Under the pieces are notes generated by a model that was not told where the DNA came from, made no database searches, and saw only the letters and a list, made by a program, of their open reading frames with translations. Source: Candidatus Roizmanbacteria bacterium RIFCSPHIGHO2_02_FULL_40_13b (GTDB lineage Bacteria > Patescibacteriota > Microgenomatia > UBA1406 > HO2-37-13b). From it: a DNA stretch of 64,000 nt. The stretch is from NCBI GenBank assembly GCA_001789445.1, contig MFZQ01000014.1, positions 11,557 to 75,556 on the forward strand. Reading direction: 5' to 3'. Positions 28,639 through 39,076 of this stretch are shown here, one piece after another. Made by a program: the position numbers and the translations under genes. The first letter of the stretch is position 1. Every line of letters begins with the position of its first letter.

Positions 28639-30744
28639 TTATTCTGATTGTTTTGGAATCATCATCAGGTTAATTCTGCCCATGCTGTCAACTTGGTCGA
28701 CTTTCACCCGTACTCTGTCTCCAATTTGAACTACATCGTGCGGATCTTTCACAAATCCGCTTCCCATTTTGGAAACATGCACCAGTCCTTCTTTTCCAGG
28801 TAAGAATTCAACAAATGCTCCGAATTGGAGTATTCGCTTCACCTCTCCCTCAAATTCTTCCCCAATCTGGACCTGTCGATAGACGTTTGCAACAAGGTCT
28901 ACGGCAATATCGACCATTTTTCGATCAACTCCAGAAATACTGACTTTTCCGTCATCCGTAATATTAATCTCGGTTTGGGTTTGAGCGATGATTCGCTTAA
29001 TATTCTTTCCTCCCGGACCGATAATTTCTCCAATTTTGTCTTCAGGTGGCGTAAGAATGACTACTTTTGGTGCAAATGGAGATACGTCTCCTCGGGGCCG
29101 ATCAATGACTTTATGCATCGCTTCAAGGATGTGAAGCCGAGCAACATTTCCCTGAGTAAAGATTTTCTCAATCATGTCCTTTGTGAGGCCGCGATTTTTA
29201 ACATCAAGTTGAATTGCTGTAATTCCTGTCTTTGTTCCAGCAATCTTGAAGTCCATTTCGCCTGCAAAATCTTCAAGTCCCACGATATCGGTGAGAACCA
29301 CGTATTCTGAGTCAGACTTGGTGACAATTCCCATGGCAACCCCCGCTACAGCTTCTTTAATTAATACTCCAGCATCCATGAGGGCGAGTGAGGAGCCACA
29401 CACCGATCCCATAGAACTTGATCCGTTCTCTGCTAAAATTTCTGAAACCACTCGCATGGCATATGGGAATTCTTCAAGAGATGGTAAAACCGGCTCTATT
29501 GCTTTTTCAGCCAAAGCTCCATGTCCAATAGCACGCCGGGACGGACTCATCATACGACCAACCGTTCCATATGAGTATGGACCGTCAGAGTAGTGATGAA
29601 TGTACCGTTTGGTTTCCGTTCCTTCCGGACCCTCGATAGTTTGTTCAAGTGTTGAGGAACCAAGCGTCACGGTTGAAAGTACTTGTGTTTGACCACGTTG
29701 GAAAAGTGCTGATCCATGTGTTCGAGGTAAAAGAGAAGTCTCCACATAAAGCTCACGTACTTCATCAACCGCTCGACCATCCGGTCGTTTCTTGTTTTCA
29801 AGAATGTCACTTTTAATAAACGCATAATTATATGTTGTGAGTGCAGCAGAGATTTCCTTCTTGTCGTACTTTTCATCCAATTTTGTGTATAAATCATCAA
29901 TGATTTCATTGAGTAACACGCTATCAGATCCGGCTGTTCGAGCAGACTGGGCAATCGCTTTTTCAATCAAATCTTTATATTCCTTCTTAATAAGCGAGAC
30001 AATTTCATCGTATGTCTCACTTTCTTTTACAACTTGCTTTTCTCTACCAATCTTCTCTCGCAAAGTCTTGATAAAGTCGACTATTTTCTTGTTTTCTTGT
30101 TTTGCCATCTCAATTCCCTCCTTGATTATATCTTCGGAAACCATTTGAGATTCAGCTTCGATCATTAGAACCTTTTCTTCTGTTGAAGACACAACAAGAT
30201 CAAGAATTGAATGTTGCTGTTCCAAATCAGTTGGATTTAAGATAAGTCCGCCATCGCCGTTTTCGGTTGATGATTTAACATATCCAACACGCATGGTGCT
30301 AATAGGACCTTCCCAAGGAACACTTGAAACATGAAGTGCGGCAGAAACTGCAATTGCTGATAGAATTTCTGGGGAATTTTCACTGTCTACTGAAAGTAGT
30401 GTGATCACAACTTGGACTTGATTTTTATAATTTTTAGGAAAAAGTGGGCGAATTGAGCGATCGATGAGTCGACCGGTAAGAACTGCCTCATCAGATGGTC
30501 GTCCTTCTCGTTTTACCCAGCGAGAACCTTTGATAATGCCTCCAGCATAGAGCTTTTCAGCATACTCTACAGAAAGGGGAAAATAATCCAAATTTGGATT
30601 TTCCTCTCCAACGGCGACAGTTACCAGAACTGCAGTGTCACCAAGTGTGGCATATACCGATGAGTCTACAGCTTGTGCTAACTTGCCAAACTGAAGCGTA
30701 AGTTTTTTATCGTCTATGACGATAGATTCTTCAATCTTGTTCAT
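28639..30744 (-). CDS. pnp: Polyribonucleotide nucleotidyltransferase (PNPase)
   Basis: Two RNase PH domains plus C-terminal KH and S1 domains, 701 aa, located downstream of rpsO. Confidence 0.95.
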   Translation of the reverse strand: MNKIEESIVIDDKKLTLQFGKLAQAVDSSVYATLGDTAVLVTVAVGEENPNLDYFPLSVEYAEKLYAGGIIKGSRWVKREGRPSDEAVLTGRLIDRSIRPLFPKNYKNQVQVVITLLSVDSENSPEILSAIAVSAALHVSSVPWEGPISTMRVGYVKSSTENGDGGLILNPTDLEQQHSILDLVVSSTEEKVLMIEAESQMVSEDIIKEGIEMAKQENKKIVDFIKTLREKIGREKQVVKESETYDEIVSLIKKEYKDLIEKAIAQSARTAGSDSVLLNEIIDDLYTKLDEKYDKKEISAALTTYNYAFIKSDILENKKRPDGRAVDEVRELYVETSLLPRTHGSALFQRGQTQVLSTVTLGSSTLEQTIEGPEGTETKRYIHHYSDGPYSYGTVGRMMSPSRRAIGHGALAEKAIEPVLPSLEEFPYAMRVVSEILAENGSSSMGSVCGSSLALMDAGVLIKEAVAGVAMGIVTKSDSEYVVLTDIVGLEDFAGEMDFKIAGTKTGITAIQLDVKNRGLTKDMIEKIFTQGNVARLHILEAMHKVIDRPRGDVSPFAPKVVILTPPEDKIGEIIGPGGKNIKRIIAQTQTEINITDDGKVSISGVDRKMVDIAVDLVANVYRQVQIGEEFEGEVKRILQFGAFVEFLPGKEGLVHVSKMGSGFVKDPHDVVQIGDRVRVKVDQVDSMGRINLMMIPKQSE

Positions 30745-30905
30745 AAGAAAAATATGTATGTTTACGGATGCGATTTTTCGAGGTTGGATATTGAGATTCG
30801 AAGCTAGTCCAGCTGTGCCGAGATCTAATTTCCAATTTCAACATCCAAATTGAACCTCTTTTGTAAACCGTTTCCGAAAGCAAAATTAGTAATAATTAAG
30901 AGACG

Positions 30906-31379
30906 TTACTTTGACAAGTTCACTTTTTTGATTAAGTCCTTGTACCGATCACTATCTTTTTCCGCTAAATAATTAACTATTCGTCGTCGTTTTGAAATAA
31001 CCTTTAATAATCCTCGTCGTGAATGATTATCCTTTGGATTTTGTTCCAAATGTAGGGTCAAATTCAGAATTTTGTGTGTTGCAAGCGCCACTTGAACTTC
31101 CGGAGACCCGGTATCACCATCTTTGGTCGCAAATTCTTTAATAAGGTCCTCTTTGCTTGATGTTGTGATCCAATCAGACACCTTACTTGCTTCAGCTTTT
31201 ACTTCTTTTGAAGTTTTAACAACCTCGACCTTTTCAACTTTTGGAGCTTTTTCAGCTATTTTCTTTTCCACAACAGGCGCCTTTGCGACTGTCTTTTTAG
31301 CTTGAGTTTTTACCTCGGGTTTCTTCGGAGCTACTTTCTTGCCCTGAGCTTGTCGAAGGGCTACTTTCTTTTCTGCCAT
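30906..31379 (-). CDS. rpsO: 30S ribosomal protein S15 with a roughly 70 aa Lys/Ala/Pro-rich N-terminal extension
   Basis: C-terminal core [45 protein letters not shown] matches S15. Start taken at [10 protein letters not shown] (ATG at 31379); the ORF reaches 31448. Confidence 0.85.
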   Translation of the reverse strand: MAEKKVALRQAQGKKVAPKKPEVKTQAKKTVAKAPVVEKKIAEKAPKVEKVEVVKTSKEVKAEASKVSDWITTSSKEDLIKEFATKDGDTGSPEVQVALATHKILNLTLHLEQNPKDNHSRRGLLKVISKRRRIVNYLAEKDSDRYKDLIKKVNLSK

Positions 31380-31489
31380 AATTACGTAAATTATACTGGA
31401 AAGAGCTCGTTTATGCAACTGAAGGATTAATTTTCTCTCACTTTGCAAAAGTCGTGCCTATTCACCTTAAAGGTGAAATAGGCATATTA

Positions 31490-32125
31490 TTAAGAATTTT
31501 CTAATCTTTTATCTACTTCTATCAACAATTTATTGAGCGTTTCTATGTCCAAATCTTCATCCCCTTCAAAATTAATACCTCTCTCGTGTAAAATTTCAAA
31601 GACTCTTCTCCATCTCTCTTGAAAATATTCTGCATCAATTTTTCTTATAATGGTGTATCCACCAGATGGAACTTGTAAAATCATCATCTCATCAGAACGA
31701 TCAAATTGCATCAAGAGTTCGTTTGGATCTTGTCCCGGCATAACCATCAGTACAGATCCTTCTACAAAATTATCAACTCGATATTGTGGAGTTGTTTTTA
31801 ATCTATTGACCTCTTTTGGTAATGGCAAACGTACGCCCGTTTCTTTATCGATGAGTCCCGCAGGCTCTGCCAAGGCATCAATTTCGTGTATCCTTTGAGT
31901 AACCTCCTCTAAAGGTAAATCCTTGTCCCACATAATCATACCTTCTGATGTATCGATGAGATGCATTCCTGAACGGGGAATTGAGCTACCTGCTGCGATC
32001 ATACGGGCAAATCCGAGTCCTTTTTGGGTTGATCCAGAAAGCAATAGTACATTCTCACCAGCTGCGTCACTAAGGAAAAAGCGTCTGGCACGGTCTTCTT
32101 GTGGATCAGATAACCCATATTTCAT
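31490..32125 (-). CDS. Hypothetical protein (211 aa)
   Basis: No confident domain. It has a degenerate P-loop-like segment, ENVLLLSGSTQKGLGFARMIAAGS. Confidence 0.3.
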   Translation of the reverse strand: MKYGLSDPQEDRARRFFLSDAAGENVLLLSGSTQKGLGFARMIAAGSSIPRSGMHLIDTSEGMIMWDKDLPLEEVTQRIHEIDALAEPAGLIDKETGVRLPLPKEVNRLKTTPQYRVDNFVEGSVLMVMPGQDPNELLMQFDRSDEMMILQVPSGGYTIIRKIDAEYFQERWRRVFEILHERGINFEGDEDLDIETLNKLLIEVDKRLENS

Positions 32126-32321
32126 TTATATATCTAATAAATCAGATAGTGTTGCATGTGTTAATCCCTCAAGTCCTTGAGGGATTGAACCTTTAATGAC
32201 TAATTGTTCTTTTGGCGACTGTCCTGTTTGTTCTTTCATGACAATCTATTATAACAAATTATCTGCAAATTCTGTGTATGAATAATACCAAGCTGACAGA
32301 TATGGTTTTGTTTTCTTCTTC

Positions 32322-32358
32322 TTGACAAATATTAGCAGATGGGTTAAACTATTGCTAA
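32322..32358 (+). promoter_or_regulatory. hrcA promoter region with a degenerate CIRCE-like inverted repeat (TTAGCA-N15-TGCTAA)
   Basis: TTGACA at 32322-32327, TTAGCAgat-N9-tatTGCTAA at 32332-32358 (CIRCE consensus TTAGCACTC-N9-GAGTGCTAA), and TAAACT as a -10 candidate. Confidence 0.45.
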
Positions 32359-32398
32359 TTCCTTCGATTCCGCCCCTGGCGGGACTCAGGATACATAT

Positions 32399-33127
32399 AT
32401 GGATGATTTGACGCCTCGGCAGACCGAGATTTTGAAAACAATTATTGCAGAATATACCGAAACGGGGCAAGCTGTTGGCTCGGAAATTTTAGATAAGAAG
32501 TATAATCTAGGCGTCTCGCCGGCAACTATTCGCAACGAGATGGTGGAACTCTCCAAAAAATCATATCTAAAAAAAGAGCACTTTTCTGCCGGACGCGTGC
32601 CAACGGCTAAGGCGTTTCGGTTTTATATTCAGAACATAATGCAAGAACGAGAGCTTTCAACGGCTGATGAGGTATCATATAAAAGTGATGTGTGGGATCA
32701 CCGGGCAGATTTACATGAACTTTTACAAACAGCAACTCGCGTACTCGCCCGCCGAACTGGACTTTTGGCTGTTACAACAACAGATAAGGGCGACGTATAC
32801 TATTTTGGAATCAATAACTTTTTATCAAACCGAGAATTTTGGGATATTGCCGAAATTCGATCGTTATTCGAGCGATTTGATGAAAATAGTTATTGTAATC
32901 ATATAATGGACGAACTCGCCCGAATGGAAAATGAGCTTCTTTTTATGTTTGAAGAAAAAGATGCATCGGGAATTTGTTCATCGGTGTTTGGAGAATTTAA
33001 AGGAAAAAGTGTGTCGGGGGCAATTGGCGTCATTGGGCCACGTCGTATGCGATATGACGTGATTGTTCCAAGCGTACGATATTTCACGAGCCTTATAAAT
33101 AGTATTGTGGCCGAACAAGGAATGTAA
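32399..33127 (+). CDS. hrcA: Heat-inducible transcription repressor HrcA (short form)
   Basis: N-terminus LTPRQTEILKTIIAEYTETGQAVGSEIL...SPATIRNEMVELSKKSYL...FSAGRVPT. Confidence 0.85.
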   Translation: MDDLTPRQTEILKTIIAEYTETGQAVGSEILDKKYNLGVSPATIRNEMVELSKKSYLKKEHFSAGRVPTAKAFRFYIQNIMQERELSTADEVSYKSDVWDHRADLHELLQTATRVLARRTGLLAVTTTDKGDVYYFGINNFLSNREFWDIAEIRSLFERFDENSYCNHIMDELARMENELLFMFEEKDASGICSSVFGEFKGKSVSGAIGVIGPRRMRYDVIVPSVRYFTSLINSIVAEQGM

Positions 33128-33147
33128 AAAAATTCTATAATAAATAT

Positions 33148-33612
33148 ATGAGAGCAACAAAAATTAAAAAAAATACAGATGTAGGGGACGGTTTGCAACC
33201 GTCCCAAAAAATGGATCCAGTAGTCGAGGAATGGAAAAATAACTATTTACGGGCGCTTGCTGATTACAACAATTTAGAAAAAAGAACCGAAAGTCAGACA
33301 ATTGATATATTTAAGAGAGCGAATAAGAACATCCTTTTGAAGCTCTTGGATCTGTATGACATACTGGAACAAGCAGAGGTGTTTGTGAAAGATGATGGGT
33401 TGAAGCTAGTTAAAGAATCGTTTGAAAGACTGCTTGCAAGCGAAGGAGTTACTAAAATGGAGCTGTTAAACACAAAGTTTGACCCCTACCACGCAGAATG
33501 TATCGAGGTAGTTCCCGGAGAAAAACCAGAAATAATTTATGAGATAGTAAAAAATGGTTACAAGTTGCATGGAGAGATCTTAAGGATCGCTCAAGTGAAA
33601 GTATCAAAATAA
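33148..33612 (+). CDS. grpE: Nucleotide exchange factor GrpE
   Basis: C-terminus FDPYHAECIEVV...GYKLHGEILRIAQVKV. Position between hrcA and dnaK. Confidence 0.85.
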   Translation: MRATKIKKNTDVGDGLQPSQKMDPVVEEWKNNYLRALADYNNLEKRTESQTIDIFKRANKNILLKLLDLYDILEQAEVFVKDDGLKLVKESFERLLASEGVTKMELLNTKFDPYHAECIEVVPGEKPEIIYEIVKNGYKLHGEILRIAQVKVSK

Positions 33613-33635
33613 TTACAAATTTTTAAACAACAAAT

Positions 33636-35534
33636 ATGGCAAAAACAATCGGAATCGATTTAGGAACAACAAATTCAGTGGTTGCAGTAATGGAGGCTGG
33701 GAAAGCTAAAATTATTCATTCAAAAGAAGGTCGAAATATCATTCCTTCAGTGGTTGACCCAAAAAACCGCGTGGTTGGGGACGTTGCAAAACGTCAGATG
33801 GTCATGAAACCGAAAGAAATTATCTTTTCAGTGAAGAGACTCGTTGGTCGAAAATTTACAGATACTTCAGTTCAGAGCGATATGAAATGGCTTCCCTATT
33901 CAATTAAGTCTGGACGTGACGGAATGGCAGTTATTGAAGTTGATGGTAAAACATATACACCGCAAGAAATTTCTTCAATGATTCTCACAAAGGCCAAAAA
34001 AGATGCTGAAGATTATTTGGGCGAAACCGTTGATAAAGCAGTTATTACCGTTCCTGCATATTTTGATGATGCTCAGCGCCAAGCCACCAAACAAGCTGGT
34101 GAGATTGCCGGGCTTGAAGTAATCAGAATTGTAAATGAGCCAACGGCGGCGGCACTCGCCTATGGACTGGATAAAAAAACGCTCCATAATATTGCGGTGT
34201 ATGATTTTGGAGGGGGAACATTTGACATCACTATTCTTGAACTTGGAGACGGTGTTTTTGAAGTAAAATCAACAAACGGAGACACGCATTTGGGTGGAGA
34301 TGATTTTGACAAAATGATTGTTGATTATCTGGTTACGGAGTTTAAGAAAACAAATGGAATTGATCTTTCCAAAGACTCTCAAGCATTGCAACGTTTACGC
34401 GACGCGGCTGAAAAGGCAAAAATCGAGCTTTCAACATCTATGGAAAGTGAAATTAATTTGCCGTTTATAACAGTACAAGACGGTCAACCACTTCATTTTG
34501 TCATTAAATTAACTCGTTCAAAACTTGAATCAATAGTTGCGTCTCTTGTTGAACGATCATTTACACCGGTTAAAGAAGCTATTAAAGATGCAAAAGTTGC
34601 GGCAAAAGATATCCAAGAAGTGATTTTGGTTGGAGGTATGACCAGAATGCCACTCATTGAGACGAAAGTTAAGGAATTTTTTGGAAAAGAACCCAATAAA
34701 TCGGTTAATCCAGATGAAGCGGTGGCGATCGGCGCGGCAATTCAAGCAGGAATTATTGGAGGAGAGGTAAAAGATGTGGTTCTTCTTGACGTTACACCGC
34801 TAACTCTTGGGGTTGAAACGTTAGGTGGAGTCACAACACCGCTTATTACCAAAAATTCTTCGGTTCCAACGGCAAAATCAGAAGTGTTTTCAACTGCGGC
34901 AGATAATCAGACGCAAGTTGAAATTCACATTCTACAGGGCGAACGTCCACTTGCCCGGGATAATAAATCTCTCGGACGATTTATTCTGGAAGGAATTCCA
35001 CCAGCACCTCGGGGAGTTCCACAGGTGGAGGTGACATTTGATCTTGATGCAAACGGGATCCTTACCGTAACTGCAAAAGATAAAGCGAGTGGCAAAGAGC
35101 AAAGTATTAAAATCACTGGCTCAACTGGTCTTACTAAAGAAGAGATTGAGAAGATGAAGGAAGATGCTGAAAAGCATGCGGCTGAAGATAGTGCCGAGGC
35201 AGAAAAGATTCAGGCACGAAATATGGCTGATTCACTCGTATATACGGCTGAAAAATCACTTCGGGACGCCGGAGATAAAGTACCTGCTGAAGTTAAGAGC
35301 GAGGTTGAGGAGAAGGTAAAAGGAGTAAAAGATGTTCTGGAGAGTGGCTCAAAAGAAGATATCGAAAAAGCCACATCAGAACTTTCAACGTCAATGCAAA
35401 AAATTGGCGAACACATGAATAAGACTGAAGATGCTCCTGCCGAAGGCGAGAGTGCGCCTAGTGAAGACGCTCCAAAAGATGAATCGGCAGACGCAAAACC
35501 TGAAAACGTAGAAGAAGGAGAAGTAGTTAAATAA
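33636..35534 (+). CDS. dnaK: Chaperone DnaK (Hsp70)
   Basis: [18 protein letters not shown] and the full Hsp70 architecture. 632 aa. Confidence 0.95.
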   Translation: MAKTIGIDLGTTNSVVAVMEAGKAKIIHSKEGRNIIPSVVDPKNRVVGDVAKRQMVMKPKEIIFSVKRLVGRKFTDTSVQSDMKWLPYSIKSGRDGMAVIEVDGKTYTPQEISSMILTKAKKDAEDYLGETVDKAVITVPAYFDDAQRQATKQAGEIAGLEVIRIVNEPTAAALAYGLDKKTLHNIAVYDFGGGTFDITILELGDGVFEVKSTNGDTHLGGDDFDKMIVDYLVTEFKKTNGIDLSKDSQALQRLRDAAEKAKIELSTSMESEINLPFITVQDGQPLHFVIKLTRSKLESIVASLVERSFTPVKEAIKDAKVAAKDIQEVILVGGMTRMPLIETKVKEFFGKEPNKSVNPDEAVAIGAAIQAGIIGGEVKDVVLLDVTPLTLGVETLGGVTTPLITKNSSVPTAKSEVFSTAADNQTQVEIHILQGERPLARDNKSLGRFILEGIPPAPRGVPQVEVTFDLDANGILTVTAKDKASGKEQSIKITGSTGLTKEEIEKMKEDAEKHAAEDSAEAEKIQARNMADSLVYTAEKSLRDAGDKVPAEVKSEVEEKVKGVKDVLESGSKEDIEKATSELSTSMQKIGEHMNKTEDAPAEGESAPSEDAPKDESADAKPENVEEGEVVK

Positions 35535-35540
35535 GGCCTT

Positions 35541-36383
35541 ATGGCAAGTAATTATTACGAAGTTTTGGGTGTATCGAAGTCTGCAAGCGCGGCAGAAATT
35601 AAGTCGGCGTATCGAAAGCTTGCGTTGAAGTGGCACCCCGATCGTAATAAAGATGCCGGGGCGGAAGCCAAATTCAAAGAAATTAATCAGGCATACGAAG
35701 TGCTTTCAGACACAAGTAAAAAGCAGACGTATGACCAAGTAGGTCATACTAACTTTACCGATCGCGGTGGGAATAACGCATCCGGCGGTGCATACGGAAA
35801 TCCATTCACGTATACCTACACTACTTCCAGCTCTGGGAACCCATTTGAGGGAGTAGACGGATTTTCTGATCCATTTGAGATATTTGAACAATTTTTTGGA
35901 TTTGGAAATTCGCGTGGGAACAGACGACCTCATCAAGTATATCAACTTACTATTAGTTTTGATGAGGCTGTCACCGGAATTGAAAAAACGGTACAAATAG
36001 AAGGACAAACGAAAACGATAAAGATTCCGGCAGGAATAGACAGTGGAAATCGAATTCGATTTTCTGATTTTGATGTGATGATTAATGTTGCCAAAAGCGA
36101 CATTTTCAAACGAGAACGACAAGATATTTATGTAGAATTTCCGCTTTCGATAACAACTGCAGTTCTCGGAGGAGTTGTAACCGTGCCCTCGCTTGATGGG
36201 GGCGGAGTACAAATAAAGGTGAAACCGGGAACACAACCGAATTCGGCCCTGCGTCTTGCAGGAAAAGGACTACCGTACCCAAATTCAAAACGACGCGGAG
36301 ACGAGTACGTTATTTTCAAAGTCAAAATTCCTGAAAAAGTAACCGGCCGCCAGAAACAGATACTCGAGGAACTCGATGCGTAA
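35541..36383 (+). CDS. dnaJ: J-domain co-chaperone (DnaJ/CbpA-like, no zinc-finger domain)
   Basis: J domain [32 protein letters not shown], a G/F-rich region and a C-terminal substrate-binding domain. No CxxCxGxG repeats. Confidence 0.8.
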   Translation: MASNYYEVLGVSKSASAAEIKSAYRKLALKWHPDRNKDAGAEAKFKEINQAYEVLSDTSKKQTYDQVGHTNFTDRGGNNASGGAYGNPFTYTYTTSSSGNPFEGVDGFSDPFEIFEQFFGFGNSRGNRRPHQVYQLTISFDEAVTGIEKTVQIEGQTKTIKIPAGIDSGNRIRFSDFDVMINVAKSDIFKRERQDIYVEFPLSITTAVLGGVVTVPSLDGGGVQIKVKPGTQPNSALRLAGKGLPYPNSKRRGDEYVIFKVKIPEKVTGRQKQILEELDA

Positions 36384-36454
36384 ACACGCCTGAATCATGA
36401 TATAATATCGTGTCATCCTGAACGGAGTGAAGGATCTCGGTGTGAAACAACATT

Positions 36455-37018
36455 ATGAAAGTCGAAGCAAATATATTAAAAAAAGGTGATTATGTGCTCC
36501 TCAATGGAGACGTGTGGCAGGTGCAAAAAACTGAATTCAATTATCGTGGTCGAGGGGCCGCTAATGTTTCGACTCGAATTAAGAATGTGTTGACGGGGGG
36601 AACCATCGAGAATGGAACAAAATCTAACTTTGAATATGAGCTTGCAGATATCGAACAAGTCCAAGGTCAATATTTGTACAAAGATAACGCAAAGCTTTAT
36701 TTCATGGATCCCATCACCTACGATCAAATAGACATAGATATAAAAAAAACAGGTACTATTTCTGATTATTTAAAAGAGGGAGATTTGGTATACATTTTGA
36801 AATTTAATGGAACTCCAATAAGTATTCGTTCCTTGCAAAGCGTTCGTTTGAAAGTAATTGAAGCCCCAGATGCAGTTAAGGGCGATACAACAACGGCTCC
36901 CAAAAAAGATGTTGTACTGGAAACTGGAATCACCGTCAAAGCGCCCATCTTCATCAAAAAAGGTGATACAATTGTTGTTAACCCTGAAACTGGAGAATAT
37001 GTCGAGCGAGTGAATTAG
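36455..37018 (+). CDS. efp: Elongation factor P (Arg-type loop)
   Basis: KOW-like N-domain with TEFNYRGRGAANV aligning to the EF-P KPGKGQA loop. 187 aa. Confidence 0.9.
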   Translation: MKVEANILKKGDYVLLNGDVWQVQKTEFNYRGRGAANVSTRIKNVLTGGTIENGTKSNFEYELADIEQVQGQYLYKDNAKLYFMDPITYDQIDIDIKKTGTISDYLKEGDLVYILKFNGTPISIRSLQSVRLKVIEAPDAVKGDTTTAPKKDVVLETGITVKAPIFIKKGDTIVVNPETGEYVERVN

Positions 37019-37056
37019 TAGTCAGTAGATAGTAGTTAGTAGTCAGGGTCTAATAA

Positions 37057-37590
37057 ATGGATTACTTCATAAAAGTACTAGGAAAACTTTCTCCTGCAAA
37101 TATTGAAAAAGGAATTCAAATTTCCACAACTTTTTTGGTTAGTTTAATACTTATTTTAGTAATCCAGAAAACGTTGAAGATATTTTTTAATGGATTAAAA
37201 AATAAATCTCATCTTTCCTCATACTCAAATCGACTTGATACGGCTCGTGGACTTCTTGATAACTTTGTAATGGTTGCTGTTTTGGGAATCACCTTGTTAC
37301 TTTGTCTGCGATCACTTGGATTTGATATAACCCCAATTCTTACTGGTGCTGGAATTTTGGGACTTGCCATTTCTTTTGGCGCACAAACAATTGTTAAAGA
37401 TGTTCTTTCTGGTTTTTTCATTATTATTGAAAATCAATATAATGTTGGAAATCAAGTAAAAATAAATGATATTTCTGGTGAGGTTTTTAAAATAAATCTT
37501 CGAACAACTGTTCTTAAGGATAAAAAAGAAAATATGATCTACATTCCAAATTCAGAGATTAAAACAGTTTTAGTTTACAACAAATCCTGA
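37057..37590 (+). CDS. Small mechanosensitive channel, MscS family
   Basis: TM helices followed by GAQTIVKDVLSGFFIIIENQYNVGNQVKINDISGEVFKINLRTTVL, which is MscS pore helix and beta-domain-like. Confidence 0.6.
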   Translation: MDYFIKVLGKLSPANIEKGIQISTTFLVSLILILVIQKTLKIFFNGLKNKSHLSSYSNRLDTARGLLDNFVMVAVLGITLLLCLRSLGFDITPILTGAGILGLAISFGAQTIVKDVLSGFFIIIENQYNVGNQVKINDISGEVFKINLRTTVLKDKKENMIYIPNSEIKTVLVYNKS

Positions 37591-37700
37591 AAAATCTATC
37601 ACATTTTAAACAAACCGTAAGCTCGTATTATCGCGAGAAAAAAAGAAACTTCCCGTGGAGAGATATAGATAATCCATACTTCATATTTATTTCAGAAGTA

Positions 37701-38381
37701 ATGTTGCAACAAACACAGGCACATCGAGTTATTGCAAAATATAATAAGTTTATTCAGCTTTTCCCAACAGTAGAGAGTTTGGCCAAAGCTTCAAATATAG
37801 AGGTTCTTCGTGTGTGGCAAGGATTAGGATATAACCGACGAGCACTTTTTCTTAAAAAGTCAGCTGAAATTATTTGTGAAAAATACACTGGAAAAATTCC
37901 TCGCATAGTTGAGAAACTTACCGGACTTCCCGGAATCGGATATTCAACAGCTTGTGCAATTGCTACATTTGCATATAACATCCCAACTGTTTTTATTGAA
38001 ACAAATATCCGAACTGTTTTCATTCATTTCTTTTTTAAAGAAAAAGAAAATGTAAGTGATCAAGAAATACTGGAGCTTGTAACAAAAACTGTAGATAAAA
38101 ATAATCCTCGAGACTGGTACTATGCGCTCATGGATTATGGAGTGTTCCTTAAGAAAAAATATAAGAATCCTTCGAGAAAAAGTAAATCTTACTCAAAACA
38201 ATCTCGATTTGAGGGATCTAAGCGGCAATTACGAGGAAATATTGTCAAACTTTTATTAGAAAAAAAGAGACTGAGACTTATGGAAATTGATGGAGATTTG
38301 GAAACTGTTAAAAAAGTTATGGAGGAATTGGAAAAAGAAAAACTCATTAAGAGAAAAGGATCGGTGTATACTATTGCCTGA
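37701..38381 (+). CDS. HhH-GPD DNA glycosylase, MutY/EndoIII-like, lacking the Fe-S cluster loop; conserved N-terminal homology continues upstream to about 37626 without a canonical start
   Basis: MLQQTQ helix, HhH LTGLPGIGYSTACAIATFAYNIP, and IETNIRTVF (compare MutY LDGNVKRVL). No Cys4 motif. Upstream in-frame FPWRDIDNPYFIFISEV matches MutY LPWR..PY.VW.SEVMLQQTQ. Confidence 0.7.
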   Translation: MLQQTQAHRVIAKYNKFIQLFPTVESLAKASNIEVLRVWQGLGYNRRALFLKKSAEIICEKYTGKIPRIVEKLTGLPGIGYSTACAIATFAYNIPTVFIETNIRTVFIHFFFKEKENVSDQEILELVTKTVDKNNPRDWYYALMDYGVFLKKKYKNPSRKSKSYSKQSRFEGSKRQLRGNIVKLLLEKKRLRLMEIDGDLETVKKVMEELEKEKLIKRKGSVYTIA

Positions 38382-38382
38382 T

Positions 38383-38979
38383 ATGTCTTCAAAACAAAAA
38401 CTAAGTTTTGGAATTGTAACTTCAGTTTTTCTCGTTTTGATTATCTCCATCTTTTTCTCATTTTTTCAAGAAAGTAAACAGAAAAAGATACATGAAGGAA
38501 CAGTAAAAAGTATCTCTGTAGGGGAGGGTTTCAAACCCTCCCAACGGCCCCAAATCAATCAGACATTCCTCGTCACTCGAATCATTGATGGCGATACATT
38601 CGAAATACAAACGAGACAAAAAGTGAGACTCATTGGAATTGATACTCCAGAACTTAATACATCGACTAAAAAAGTTCCCGGTTGTTTTGGTATTCAAGCG
38701 AAAGAGAAATTAAGTGAACTCATTTTTAATAAACAAGTAAGGCTCATGAAAGATATTTCAGAAACAGACAGATATGGGAGACTTTTGCGATATGTGTATT
38801 TTGGAGAAAACTTTATAAATCAGGATCTCATCGAACAAGGTTTTGCCCTAGCCAGTACTTTTCCACCTGATGTGAAGTATAAAGAGGTTTTTTTGAAAGC
38901 ACAAACTGAGGCGAGAGAGAATATGAGAGGATTATGGAAAGAGTGTTATCTGAATAGATTCCCGCCTTCGCGGGAATGA
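38383..38979 (+). CDS. Thermonuclease (staphylococcal nuclease, SNase-like), membrane-anchored
   Basis: VTRIIDGDTF...VRLIGIDTPE and RYGRLLRYVY motifs with an N-terminal TM. Start taken at MSSKQK (38383), directly after the previous stop. Confidence 0.8.
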   Translation: MSSKQKLSFGIVTSVFLVLIISIFFSFFQESKQKKIHEGTVKSISVGEGFKPSQRPQINQTFLVTRIIDGDTFEIQTRQKVRLIGIDTPELNTSTKKVPGCFGIQAKEKLSELIFNKQVRLMKDISETDRYGRLLRYVYFGENFINQDLIEQGFALASTFPPDVKYKEVFLKAQTEARENMRGLWKECYLNRFPPSRE

Positions 38980-39076
38980 CATATTATTTCCAGATGATAC
39001 GCTTATTTCGAGTATCACTGGGATTACACGTACATTGAGGGCCCCTTTGATACGAGAAATAACGTATCGAGGGAAA

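Noticed and set aside
35706-36236. 176 aa ORF antisense within dnaJ, plus the 36106-36325 ORFs
   Set aside because: They overlap the J-protein C-terminal domain coding region. No features.
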